DNA of 64,000 nucleotides from a virus: IMG/VR virus record IMGVR_UViG_3300029023_000077; one strand, 5' to 3'. Shown piece by piece: positions 55,280 to 64,000 of this stretch (position 1 is its first letter; each line of letters starts with the position of its first letter). The notes under the pieces were generated by a model. It saw only the letters and a program-made list of their open reading frames with translations, ran no database searches and was not told where the DNA came from. The position numbers and the translations under genes were made by a program.

Positions 55280-56608
55280 ATGAAAGATATTCAAGCTGAG
55301 AGAGATAATTCAGAAATTTTCAATATTGATATGTTGATTGGTTTATCAGTGTATGAGGCAGCAAGTTTACTTGAGCAGCTGGATATAAATCTGCATCTAG
55401 TGGATCGGACAGGTAATTACCCAAAGTCAAGAATAATGGATGGTAGACGTCTGATTATTGCGCACGCTGAACAATCCGAGAGCTCTACAGTAACTGTAGA
55501 TACATTACCATGTAATACACAAGCAGTAAACCCTGGTTTTATGAAAGGTATGCGCGTGAAGGATGCTATTACTTATTTAGCAGGATATGTGACTAATAGG
55601 TACAAAGTTACTATTATGCCATATAACTATCAATTTGAAGTAAGAAAGGGTAAGTATAGAGATCAACTGGCGTACAATGATAGTATTATAGAAAGCTGCG
55701 AAGTAACAGGCTCCACTTTTGATTCTGTTATTTCTGTTGTTTTTGTACTTAAGGCATTTGGGAAAGTCAGTTACGCTGACATAGCCGATGCTTGTAGAGA
55801 AGAGTTTGCTGAAATTGATGCAGGCAGGAGTTGCCGTGAAGTTGACACATTGGTTGGCTTGTCTGTTTTTGAAGCATCCTATGTTTTAAATACAATTAAC
55901 ACATCATTCTGTTTGTGGGAAGGTCCACAGCTATCACCCAAAATAATGTCTGATGATGGAGAGTTCATGATTATAACCATGGCAGAGAAAATAGGTAATG
56001 ACTTCTTTGTACAAATGCGACCTAATAACTATGTCCGAGTGTATGAGGAAGAGTTACTTGGTAAAACCGTACAGAAGGCTGTTGAGTATTTGGCTTCGCA
56101 TGTATGCAATTACTACTCTATCATGGTAAACAGTGCCGACAGGATTGAGATAAGGCATGGTCAAGACCATAGATGGTATGCATGGAAGAATGACATTATA
56201 ACTCACTGCAGTGTATATCGCGGACAGACCAATCAGCCATATGTTATACGGATATTGACGAAAGCCGTAAGTGATCTGGAGACACAGCCTGCTAAAGTTG
56301 CAGAACCTAAAACTGAAGTAATTAAGCTAAGTAGAGAGAAAGAGATTCAAATTCTCTCTTTTTTAATTAGTAAAATATGTAAATCATCAAAATATAATCA
56401 TGGGACGTCTGAATACACTGCACTACTGGCAGCACGCTATCTGAAAGAAATCAAGAAAGTTTGCGCTATAGATGAGCTTGATAATTTATTACAGATAGTT
56501 GGTGAATTGATAGTCGAGCCAAATGCGGATATTGACAATGTAGCATCTGTTGTTATAGAAGCTAGAGATTTAGTGACAGCAGCCATAAATATGAGTGAGG
56601 AGGTGTAA
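55280..56608 (+). CDS. hypothetical protein with duplicated PASTA-like module, MKDIQAERD family
   Basis: Two copies of LxGLSV(Y/F)EAxxxL module; paralogue of 54416. Confidence 0.55.
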   Translation: MKDIQAERDNSEIFNIDMLIGLSVYEAASLLEQLDINLHLVDRTGNYPKSRIMDGRRLIIAHAEQSESSTVTVDTLPCNTQAVNPGFMKGMRVKDAITYLAGYVTNRYKVTIMPYNYQFEVRKGKYRDQLAYNDSIIESCEVTGSTFDSVISVVFVLKAFGKVSYADIADACREEFAEIDAGRSCREVDTLVGLSVFEASYVLNTINTSFCLWEGPQLSPKIMSDDGEFMIITMAEKIGNDFFVQMRPNNYVRVYEEELLGKTVQKAVEYLASHVCNYYSIMVNSADRIEIRHGQDHRWYAWKNDIITHCSVYRGQTNQPYVIRILTKAVSDLETQPAKVAEPKTEVIKLSREKEIQILSFLISKICKSSKYNHGTSEYTALLAARYLKEIKKVCAIDELDNLLQIVGELIVEPNADIDNVASVVIEARDLVTAAINMSEEV

Positions 56609-56610
56609 TT

Positions 56611-56808
56611 ATGGCTATTATCTGCAAAGGTCTAATTTTATTCTTTACAGGAGGCACGAGTTGTTTAGCTCTTAGCCTTATTAAAAACAGTCAGGACAGA
56701 CATGGGAATTATATACCATTACAGGCTAAGTATAAGTTATTATTAGCATTTATGTGGCTTATTACAATTACGATTGATAGTGCTTGTTTCATAATGCTAG
56801 GGAGGTGA
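56611..56808 (+). CDS. small membrane protein
   Basis: 65 aa, two TM helices. Confidence 0.4.
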   Translation: MAIICKGLILFFTGGTSCLALSLIKNSQDRHGNYIPLQAKYKLLLAFMWLITITIDSACFIMLGR

Positions 56809-56815
56809 TTAGACA

Positions 56816-56998
56816 TTGGCATTAGTTACTTTTGCGACTCTACTGTGCATCTGGTCATATGTGCATATGTGGAGGTTATATAAAAATGAAGATGGTGTGA
56901 AAGAACCATTCAGTCCGAGAGCGAAGTTAGGCTTAGGTCTGATGACAACTGGTGTGGTACTTATGAATATTACAGCAATTATTGATAGTCTTATATAG
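56816..56998 (+). CDS. small membrane protein
   Basis: 60 aa, two TM helices. Confidence 0.35.
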   Translation: MALVTFATLLCIWSYVHMWRLYKNEDGVKEPFSPRAKLGLGLMTTGVVLMNITAIIDSLI

Positions 56999-57010
56999 GA
57001 GGGAATTAAC

Positions 57011-57334
57011 ATGTTAGATATTGAAAGTGTTAGAAGTGAGCAGAAGACAAAAGATTCGGATATTGAACTAACAGCAGACCTTAATCTGGCATCCGTTGTT
57101 GATATGATTGGCAAAATCTATAATAAGCGCAGAATTGTTGTCATTGACAGACGCAGCGATGATGTGTTGTGCCGGATTGATAGCGGTGAATCTGATTATG
57201 CACCTGGTATTGAAGAGCAGAGCAGACAGATGAAAATGGAAGATGTTAAATGGTCCAGCGAGGAAGCAAACATTACTAAGGTATATGTTCAGCAAAAACA
57301 GGATATACAGGTAATTGATGTTACCAGAAAGTAG
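57011..57334 (+). CDS. hypothetical protein, MLDIESVRSE N-terminal family
   Basis: 107-aa ORF with RBS GGAGGG. Confidence 0.5.
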   Translation: MLDIESVRSEQKTKDSDIELTADLNLASVVDMIGKIYNKRRIVVIDRRSDDVLCRIDSGESDYAPGIEEQSRQMKMEDVKWSSEEANITKVYVQQKQDIQVIDVTRK

Positions 57335-57340
57335 GTGTCT

Positions 57341-58051
57341 ATGGCTGTTGATATTTCGCAATTATGGGAGAGTCGCTGTAGAAGTGCAATGGAGCAGATA
57401 AATCAGTTACCAATAGAGTCAGGTAGGAGTGCTGCTAAGGGGCAATTGAATGTGCTGGTTGGTTATTTTACAGCATTGATTGACACAAAGCAGATTGATT
57501 ATGATGCCGCAAAGCAGTATGTTGATACAGCGAATGTACTCTATAAAGTCATTGATTTCCGTTATGATGTGTTAGAAGAGTGTGATACGCCGCATTTAAG
57601 GGAAGTCTTGCTGAGGATTAACAGACCAAGCGACATTACAGATATTGTGAGTAGATGCGCAGATACAGAACGGTTCAAGACATGTTGCTTAGGGTATTAT
57701 GTTGCTGATAAATCTATAAAAGATCTTCAAATGACGAACCCACGTATCACTGTGGACTACAAGAAACACTGCTGCCAGGAGATTGCAAAATACCTGTCAT
57801 GTGTTAATGATGTCAATGCTGTCAATAATATTGTGGACCTCTATGGAATTAGGAGATCAACAGCAACAGCACTTGCGAAGGCAGGTATCTATACAAGCGA
57901 CCAGGTAAATGATTCTTCTGATGAGAAGTTGTTAAGTTTACCAGGTATAGGGCAGGATAGCCTGCATCAGTTAAGAAAAAGGCTTCGCTGTAAGTATTAT
58001 GCAAATCCGGAGCCAAGCTATATTGCAAGACCTAACGAAAATTTTGGTTAG
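57341..58051 (+). CDS. hypothetical protein with C-terminal helix-hairpin-helix, MAVDISQLW family
   Basis: ATG 57341 (ORF open from GTG 57335); LLSLPGIGQDSLHQL HhH-like. Confidence 0.5.
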   Translation: MAVDISQLWESRCRSAMEQINQLPIESGRSAAKGQLNVLVGYFTALIDTKQIDYDAAKQYVDTANVLYKVIDFRYDVLEECDTPHLREVLLRINRPSDITDIVSRCADTERFKTCCLGYYVADKSIKDLQMTNPRITVDYKKHCCQEIAKYLSCVNDVNAVNNIVDLYGIRRSTATALAKAGIYTSDQVNDSSDEKLLSLPGIGQDSLHQLRKRLRCKYYANPEPSYIARPNENFG

Positions 58052-58104
58052 GCATCGCCATCTATAAATGAAGTAATATTTTATAGAAAGTTGGTTGATT
58101 TATT

Positions 58105-58326
58105 ATGAGCAGAACATATAAGCATATTTACACAAAATCGAAAGCAGAAGATAAGTCCTGTCGAAATCATGGTGATTGTCTATATTGTAGGAGTAATCGA
58201 CTTCATCAGTATATAAGGATTCAGCAGTCAGCTAATGATAAATTAAAATATTACAAGAACAATTATTTGGCTTATGCATCTCAAGAAATCACCTCTTATG
58301 CCAAAATTGAGATGTTTAAGTATTAA
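58105..58326 (+). CDS. hypothetical small basic protein
   Basis: 73-aa ORF. Confidence 0.4.
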   Translation: MSRTYKHIYTKSKAEDKSCRNHGDCLYCRSNRLHQYIRIQQSANDKLKYYKNNYLAYASQEITSYAKIEMFKY

Positions 58327-58382
58327 GTAGGGTATGGTTCGGGTAAACCATGCCCTATTTAATTATAGGAAGGAGTATTACA

Positions 58383-58658
58383 ATGGTAAAACAAATAAAG
58401 AAATTAATTGGTATTATGATGCTAACACTTATGTTAGCTGTTATCGCAGAGGTATCTCTGGTAAATACTAGAACGCTCTTGCTTGAGCCGGAGACTGTTT
58501 ACTGGGAGCAGGTCACTCATCATTCAGATGAAAATTACTTGTTGAACCTTGCACGTCCAAGATTTGATATGCAGCCTGATAAACCTGCCACTGTTCAGAA
58601 GTTAATAGGAGATGCGAAATTTTATGGAGATCCAGAAGTTGTTAAATTTTCTTTTTAG
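58383..58658 (+). CDS. secreted or membrane-anchored small protein
   Basis: ATG 58383 after AGGAAGGAG; signal-like LIGIMMLTLMLAVIA. Confidence 0.45.
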   Translation: MVKQIKKLIGIMMLTLMLAVIAEVSLVNTRTLLLEPETVYWEQVTHHSDENYLLNLARPRFDMQPDKPATVQKLIGDAKFYGDPEVVKFSF

Positions 58659-58848
58659 GTCGAGAATGATGCATAAGATTTGGCAGCTGCATGAGTGGGA
58701 TAGCCATATTACTGATAAAAGGTTTGACTTTAAGGGTAATGTAGTCAGTTGGGGCACTCAAATGATTATATTATTAACATAAAATAAAATTCTCTTTCAC
58801 CATGGTTTATGTTATGATATTTATATCTTTAAGAAGGGGTTGAATAAT

Positions 58849-60123
58849 ATGTCATATATATTAAAGCATAAAGATAACAATATAGCATATTTTACAATAG
58901 AAAAGCGAGATGTAATAGCTTGTACTTTTTCTAAGTACAATATAGAACAGTTACCCTTACCATTAAAAAGACTAATTCAACCAGGACAGAAAGAAGAATT
59001 TATCGCTGGTGAAGATACTATAACTTATGAGTTAAATGAAGATGGTTGTTTTTTATTTGATGAATGGTTATCAAATAGAGAGATACCAGTAAATAGGGAT
59101 AACTATAAATCCTACATTTCTGACAGCAGCTCTCCAAGAGAATGGTTGTTGAAAAATCATGGGTATTCTTTTGATGACTGTTACTGGGTACAGCGTTCTG
59201 GTGAATCATTACAATGGGATGATATTTTGCATATACGGTCTTCTGTAGATTCATTTTATGCTGTAAAGGATAAAGATGGCAGGTATAAAGGACATTCTGC
59301 TACTTTAGGTGGACAGTTAGAGAAGTTCTGGTTTAAGAAAGATAATAAAATATTATTATGCAAAAGGACAGATGATTTATCTGATATTCTGATGATAAGG
59401 GAGACTATCGCATCCTTAATCTACAGTAAGCAGGATTCCATTGCTTATTGCGAATACAAGTTAGCTTACAACCGAGAGCATAAAATTGTCGGGTGTATCT
59501 GTGAATCTTTCATATCTGACAATATGGAATTAGTCACTGCTTACGATTTACTGGAAGAACATAATTTGACTCAAAGTCGTGATGTGTGGGAGCAGTTAAT
59601 TAAGCACACTGCTGTAAATGGTCTGGATAAGACTAAGGTTCGTAGATATTTGGATACCCAGACTATTGTTGACTTTTTAATTTCAAACAGAGACCGTCAT
59701 CAAAATAACATTGCATTTATTAGAGATGCAGATACATTGAAGTTACTAAGACCTGCTCCTGTATTTGATTCCGGTAGCTCTAAGTATATGGAAGGTACGA
59801 ATCCTGAAACTTTGTTCAATACGTCTGTCAATGGCTTATATAGCACAGAGATTGAGTGCCTGGAACATGTCTCGGATTTCAACAGTGTAGATATTTCACT
59901 GTTACCAAGTGCTGAGGACATTTCAGCTCTGCTATCAGAGAGTTTCTATCTATCCGATAAACGTAAAGCATTTCTTGTGCAAATGTATACAGATAAGGTG
60001 AATTTGCTGACGACTTTGCAGAAGCTGCAGGTGGAAGGGGAGAATACTTCAGAATATTTACATTCTAAAACAGAAGAGTGTAAGGGGCAAGACATAGAAG
60101 ATTTCTTTGTAGAGTGGAGATAG
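58849..60123 (+). CDS. HipA-like serine/threonine kinase family protein
   Basis: VDFLISNRDRHQNNIAFIRD (cf. HipA LIGNtDDHlKNfSl) and LRPAPVFDSGSS (cf. APIYD); ATG 58849 after AAGAAGGGG. Confidence 0.45.
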   Translation: MSYILKHKDNNIAYFTIEKRDVIACTFSKYNIEQLPLPLKRLIQPGQKEEFIAGEDTITYELNEDGCFLFDEWLSNREIPVNRDNYKSYISDSSSPREWLLKNHGYSFDDCYWVQRSGESLQWDDILHIRSSVDSFYAVKDKDGRYKGHSATLGGQLEKFWFKKDNKILLCKRTDDLSDILMIRETIASLIYSKQDSIAYCEYKLAYNREHKIVGCICESFISDNMELVTAYDLLEEHNLTQSRDVWEQLIKHTAVNGLDKTKVRRYLDTQTIVDFLISNRDRHQNNIAFIRDADTLKLLRPAPVFDSGSSKYMEGTNPETLFNTSVNGLYSTEIECLEHVSDFNSVDISLLPSAEDISALLSESFYLSDKRKAFLVQMYTDKVNLLTTLQKLQVEGENTSEYLHSKTEECKGQDIEDFFVEWR

Positions 60124-60164
60124 GTTACTACCTATCTCTTTTTTTGTAAAAGGTGGAATTATAA

Positions 60165-61961
60165 TTGAATAAAAACTTTTCAAGAGCCGTGGCATGTGCT
60201 ATGGCTCTTTCTTTATTATTGGGCTGTACAGTTAGTGCAAAAGGAACATCAGGAAAATCAAGCCCACCACGAAAAGCATACTTACCGTCAATTATGAAAA
60301 ATGTTGACAGTTCAGATTATGTTTCGGATGTTGGGTATATCCTTGTTGGTGAATCACATATCTCTATGTCTGAGCAGTCAGTTTGGGATAATGCAAAGGT
60401 CCAGGTTACTGATAAAGATGGTGATTTGGAGATGGGTAAAAACATATTCTTTGTCCATACCTTGCATCAGTATGATTATCAGGTTGAGATGCATTACGGT
60501 AGCTCATCAATAGCTTATGAGAAATTAACGGGCGAGCCCGTTAATTTCAATGGGGCATATCCAGATTGGTTGATTACTGATGATTACACATCACCATCAG
60601 GTACAACAACGGCATTGAGTGCTGCTAATCGTGTTAAACAGATTCAGTCCAACAGCCCACTCAAGAAATGGGTCGTTGTTATTATTCAGGGGTATACGGC
60701 AGCCAACAGTAGTGGTGAGAGTACGTATGCTGGCTACATAGACACCATTCAGGAGTTCGCTAAGTCTCTGCAAAATACGACAACCTATGTAGTAAGCTGT
60801 CCATTACCAAACAATCAGACATTCGCTACTAATATAAAAGCATACAACACATACTTAAGGAAGAACCTGCAAGGTGTTGGTTGCTATGACTGGACAGAAG
60901 ACTGGGTTAAGTATGGGTTTGATACTCAGAATGGCACCCTAGCACCAGAAAACCAAAATCATCTACCACACGCTGCTTATTATGAGATTTGGAAGCAGCA
61001 CTTGGGTAATGAATTGCGTTATGGTGGTGTCGCAGTTAAAGATGAGGAAATTCTTGAGGAACCGAAGCAAGATGGTCCCTCCTACGCATTCCGTGAGGAA
61101 AATGTCAATCTTAATTTAGGTTTGTCTAAATCTTATAAGATTGCATGGATCAGTGATTTGCATATTGTATCCAATTACAATAATTTAGATGATGTTGTGA
61201 ACGGTAACATAGGCATGAATGCAAGTGATTATATAGCAGCCCACTATAACATGTTCAAGACTGATGATGGTTTATTCCATTCAGCCGAGCTATTGGATGA
61301 AATTGTCAAGTACATAAACACCGGTGGGTTTGATGCTGTGATCTTTGGTGGGGATATGTTGGATTATTTCTCTAATGAGAATTATAAAACATTATCGAGG
61401 GGTTTAAGTAATATTGACTCCAGTATACCTTGGATCTATATTTATGGTTCTTCTGATGACCATGATGCCTGGACTGGGCTTACAGATGGTTCTGCAGCTG
61501 TAAGTAGTATAAACAAGCTGGCAAGCGCCAAAGCACCTAATGATGTGATAGATTTAGGCGAACTTAGGATTGTAGGATTGAACAATTCTGCAAATGCAGG
61601 AATAAGTGCTGAGCTATCTAGTGTCCAAAGCAATATAAAGGCTGCAGGCAAACCAGTTATCCTAGCAACTCATGTGCCATTTGAGTCAAAGGTCAGTAGC
61701 CTGGAAGACTGGAGTAAGAGAAATCATAATAATCAGGTATATTACTGGTCGTTTAATTCTTACAAGTGGAAACTGGGAAATAATTCAGCTATGAATAGTT
61801 TCTTAAATGAGAACGTTTATTCAAATAACACAAATGTAAAGGCAGTATTTGCAGGGCATGTGCATATGGCTAGTTGGGATGGTCAGTTAACAGCAAATGT
61901 CAAGCAACATATATTTACTGGTGCATATAGAGGTACTATAGGTGTTATAAACGTTCATTAG
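60165..61961 (+). CDS. lipoprotein with C-terminal calcineurin-like metallophosphoesterase domain
   Basis: TTG start after AAAGGTGGAA; lipobox LLLGC; WISDLHIV, FGGDMLDY, GHVHM phosphoesterase motifs. Confidence 0.55.
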   Translation: MNKNFSRAVACAMALSLLLGCTVSAKGTSGKSSPPRKAYLPSIMKNVDSSDYVSDVGYILVGESHISMSEQSVWDNAKVQVTDKDGDLEMGKNIFFVHTLHQYDYQVEMHYGSSSIAYEKLTGEPVNFNGAYPDWLITDDYTSPSGTTTALSAANRVKQIQSNSPLKKWVVVIIQGYTAANSSGESTYAGYIDTIQEFAKSLQNTTTYVVSCPLPNNQTFATNIKAYNTYLRKNLQGVGCYDWTEDWVKYGFDTQNGTLAPENQNHLPHAAYYEIWKQHLGNELRYGGVAVKDEEILEEPKQDGPSYAFREENVNLNLGLSKSYKIAWISDLHIVSNYNNLDDVVNGNIGMNASDYIAAHYNMFKTDDGLFHSAELLDEIVKYINTGGFDAVIFGGDMLDYFSNENYKTLSRGLSNIDSSIPWIYIYGSSDDHDAWTGLTDGSAAVSSINKLASAKAPNDVIDLGELRIVGLNNSANAGISAELSSVQSNIKAAGKPVILATHVPFESKVSSLEDWSKRNHNNQVYYWSFNSYKWKLGNNSAMNSFLNENVYSNNTNVKAVFAGHVHMASWDGQLTANVKQHIFTGAYRGTIGVINVH

Positions 61962-61974
61962 AAAGGAGTATTTT

Positions 61975-62634
61975 ATGTCAGATTTAATTATCAAGTATGG
62001 TAAAAATGAAGTATCAATTGCCAATAAGGAAGACTTGTTTTCAAGGGAAGCTGAGATTCTTGGTAAGAGGGCTCATGTGTATTTGGTTACTTCTTCAGAT
62101 ACATTTGTAGGGATAGCTAATTTATTTGATGTTGCAGTGAATACCAACCTTATTGGTTTAACTAAGTCCATGATGGTTTGGCAACAGTCACCGGGGTTGT
62201 TATTGTATGCAGTCATCTCTAAATGCTATGAAAGCTTCGTAGCAGCTCCTGATGCAAGCAAAGCAGCCATTAAAAATGCATCAAGCCAATTCCAGTTTCT
62301 AACACTTGATGCTAGCTGGAATGATAAAAAAGCAGAGGATCTGAGGAGTATTTGTGTAAGTCCTGTAATTAAGGCACATCCACTTATTGGTGCAGCACTG
62401 ATATCTTTCTTCTGCAGTCAGTTTGACATCTTGGGTGGGGTATACAGTAACGTGCTAGGTCATGTACTTGCTGCTGCATTTCTAAATAAGAATGGCTTGC
62501 CACCAATATATGCATACATGCCAGTGGAGGGGTCAACTTACTTTGATAAACCTACCTGTTACTTCCTTGATGATTGGATCTCAGACTATTTGAAGATTGC
62601 AGAAGAAATAATAGTTTCGAATGGAGTGAGGTAA
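61975..62634 (+). CDS. hypothetical protein
   Basis: 219-aa ORF with RBS AAAGGAG. Confidence 0.5.
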   Translation: MSDLIIKYGKNEVSIANKEDLFSREAEILGKRAHVYLVTSSDTFVGIANLFDVAVNTNLIGLTKSMMVWQQSPGLLLYAVISKCYESFVAAPDASKAAIKNASSQFQFLTLDASWNDKKAEDLRSICVSPVIKAHPLIGAALISFFCSQFDILGGVYSNVLGHVLAAAFLNKNGLPPIYAYMPVEGSTYFDKPTCYFLDDWISDYLKIAEEIIVSNGVR

Positions 62635-62636
62635 TT

Positions 62637-63212
62637 GTGGGAAACACAGAATATTTGTTAGTGGTGCAACATAATGGTGGTATATTCAAAAAGCCGTATG
62701 GTGAAGAAGGTTCTAAGTATGTATTCACGTCACCTGACGAATGTGATAAGCACTGGCAGAATATATTCATAGGAGTTGGTGCAAAAACAGAAGAGATTGA
62801 GAAACGGATTAAGCAGAGGGAGTGCCTTAACATGGAGGCTTTTGGTGAAGACACTCCATTATCCAAGAATCTCCCTATTTTTAAAATCTCAGAGTCGGAG
62901 TGTCTGCTATGCATTGATAGCATTAATGGTGGTGTAAACGCGATAAAGGATCCCGATCACTTGGCAGCTGTATTTGTTGCAAACAAGAATTGGCATTACT
63001 GTTTACAGCATACTGGAGATATGGCTGATTTGTTTTACATTAAGGAACGTGTAAGCAAGCAGGATAGTAAAGATATTTACTATTCTGTCAGTAAATTTAA
63101 TTGCCCACGGAACATAGCTAATATGGCAAAGGATATCAGGACAGTCTTAAGTATATATGATCGTTATTTGGACATGCGGCATATAGAACACATGCCATTT
63201 ATTAAAAGATGA
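62637..63212 (+). CDS. hypothetical protein
   Basis: GTG 62637 after GGAGTGAGG; ORF open from 62574. Confidence 0.45.
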   Translation: MGNTEYLLVVQHNGGIFKKPYGEEGSKYVFTSPDECDKHWQNIFIGVGAKTEEIEKRIKQRECLNMEAFGEDTPLSKNLPIFKISESECLLCIDSINGGVNAIKDPDHLAAVFVANKNWHYCLQHTGDMADLFYIKERVSKQDSKDIYYSVSKFNCPRNIANMAKDIRTVLSIYDRYLDMRHIEHMPFIKR

Positions 63213-63241
63213 TTATTTATACAGGAAGGAGTGTGGCTGGC

Positions 63242-64000
63242 ATGAGGAAGATGGCTCTATTTCTGCTTATTACATCGTTTATGCTAGTCGGATGTTCTAG
63301 GCAGGAAATATTGGTTAAGTTACATTTAGAGGAAGAGGAAGTGGAAGAGACTACAGAGACAGAACCTGTAATACTGGCTCCTGAATTTTTAGCATCCGCT
63401 GTTGACCAGTATAAAGATGAGATTGGACAGACGGTTGCTGGCAGCAGGATTGTAGAAAGACGGGATACAGCTGATACTGTAGAATTTTCAATATATAAGT
63501 TTGACGAGACCGGGTTTACCCATGGTTATTATTACTTTGCATTTGATGATGGTAAATTCCTGTCAAACCAGACAGACAGGTTACAGGAACTTGATTATGT
63601 TGAAGATTCGCTGATGGTGGATAATACCTGTAATCTTGTAAAGTTCGATTTGGAGTATGTGACAGTGGGTAACAATGCATATAACTATTTTAGGGATATG
63701 CTGATTAAGAACAAAGAAGAACAACTGGCAGAACTATACGGAAAAGTTCCTGATGTGATGCCAGAATCTATTGCTTACCCAGAGTGTACATATAGCATCA
63801 TAGGTACTATGGGTGAGTATGTGCCAGAGCTACCAGAATTGGAAGAGGACGAAGAAGGCTATGTTCTCTGTGATAACAGTGATTCGTCCTGGTCCTATAT
63901 TTCTGATGGGAATGGTGGAATCATTTTGACAGCATACCAAAACCAACAGTATGGTAATAAGCTCGTCATACCTGCCTATGTAGATGGCAAAGCTGTTTAT
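63242..64000 (+). CDS. lipoprotein, 3'-truncated by window end
   Basis: MRKMALFLLITSFMLVGCSRQ lipobox; RBS AGGAAGGAG; no stop before 64000. Confidence 0.5.
   Translation, partial: MRKMALFLLITSFMLVGCSRQEILVKLHLEEEEVEETTETEPVILAPEFLASAVDQYKDEIGQTVAGSRIVERRDTADTVEFSIYKFDETGFTHGYYYFAFDDGKFLSNQTDRLQELDYVEDSLMVDNTCNLVKFDLEYVTVGNNAYNYFRDMLIKNKEEQLAELYGKVPDVMPESIAYPECTYSIIGTMGEYVPELPELEEDEEGYVLCDNSDSSWSYISDGNGGIILTAYQNQQYGNKLVIPAYVDGKAVY

Noticed and set aside
1-64000. Alternative genetic code (TAG or TGA reassignment), as in some huge phages
   Set aside because: ORFs are long and contiguous under the standard code, with strong GGAGG RBSs. No recurring in-frame TAG or TGA inside conserved domains was seen.

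Overview
The window is a densely packed, almost entirely plus-strand gene array of low GC (roughly 35-40% by eye). Ribosome-binding sites are of the Firmicutes GGAGG type. There are no rRNA genes, CRISPR arrays, integrase or transposase genes. It reads as an internal, non-structural region of a large phage or prophage-like element rather than host core chromosome; no terminase, portal or recognisable capsid gene was found. Recognisable content includes DNA repair and replication proteins: a split SbcC/Rad50-like ATPase with a zinc hook flanking an SbcD/Mre11-like phosphoesterase, a UvrD-family helicase, an RFC/gamma-type clamp-loader subunit, a FEN-type 5'-3' exonuclease, an EndoIII-like glycosylase and an EndoIV-like TIM-barrel protein. 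Other recognisable proteins are a GreA-like transcript cleavage factor, a GspE/PilT/VirB11-type traffic ATPase, a ParM-like actin ATPase, an SPFH/band-7 protein, a PilZ-domain protein, a microbial PARG-type macro-domain protein, a HipA-like kinase, two nucleotidyltransferases of the AbiEii/Pol-beta type (one interrupted at an A7 homopolymer), lipoproteins and many small zinc-ribbon proteins. The most distinctive non-coding features are a full-length tmRNA (ssrA-like, predicted tag ATRRPMAIAA) and, 1.7 kb downstream, an 850-bp ORF-poor locus containing tRNA-like T-arm modules and two copies of a conserved ~90-nt element. At least ten otherwise unrelated genes, mostly in the 44.9-58 kb segment, begin with the same N-terminal motif M-(A)-V-D-I-K-E-x-R. 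All functional calls are from motifs read by eye; no database search or folding was run.
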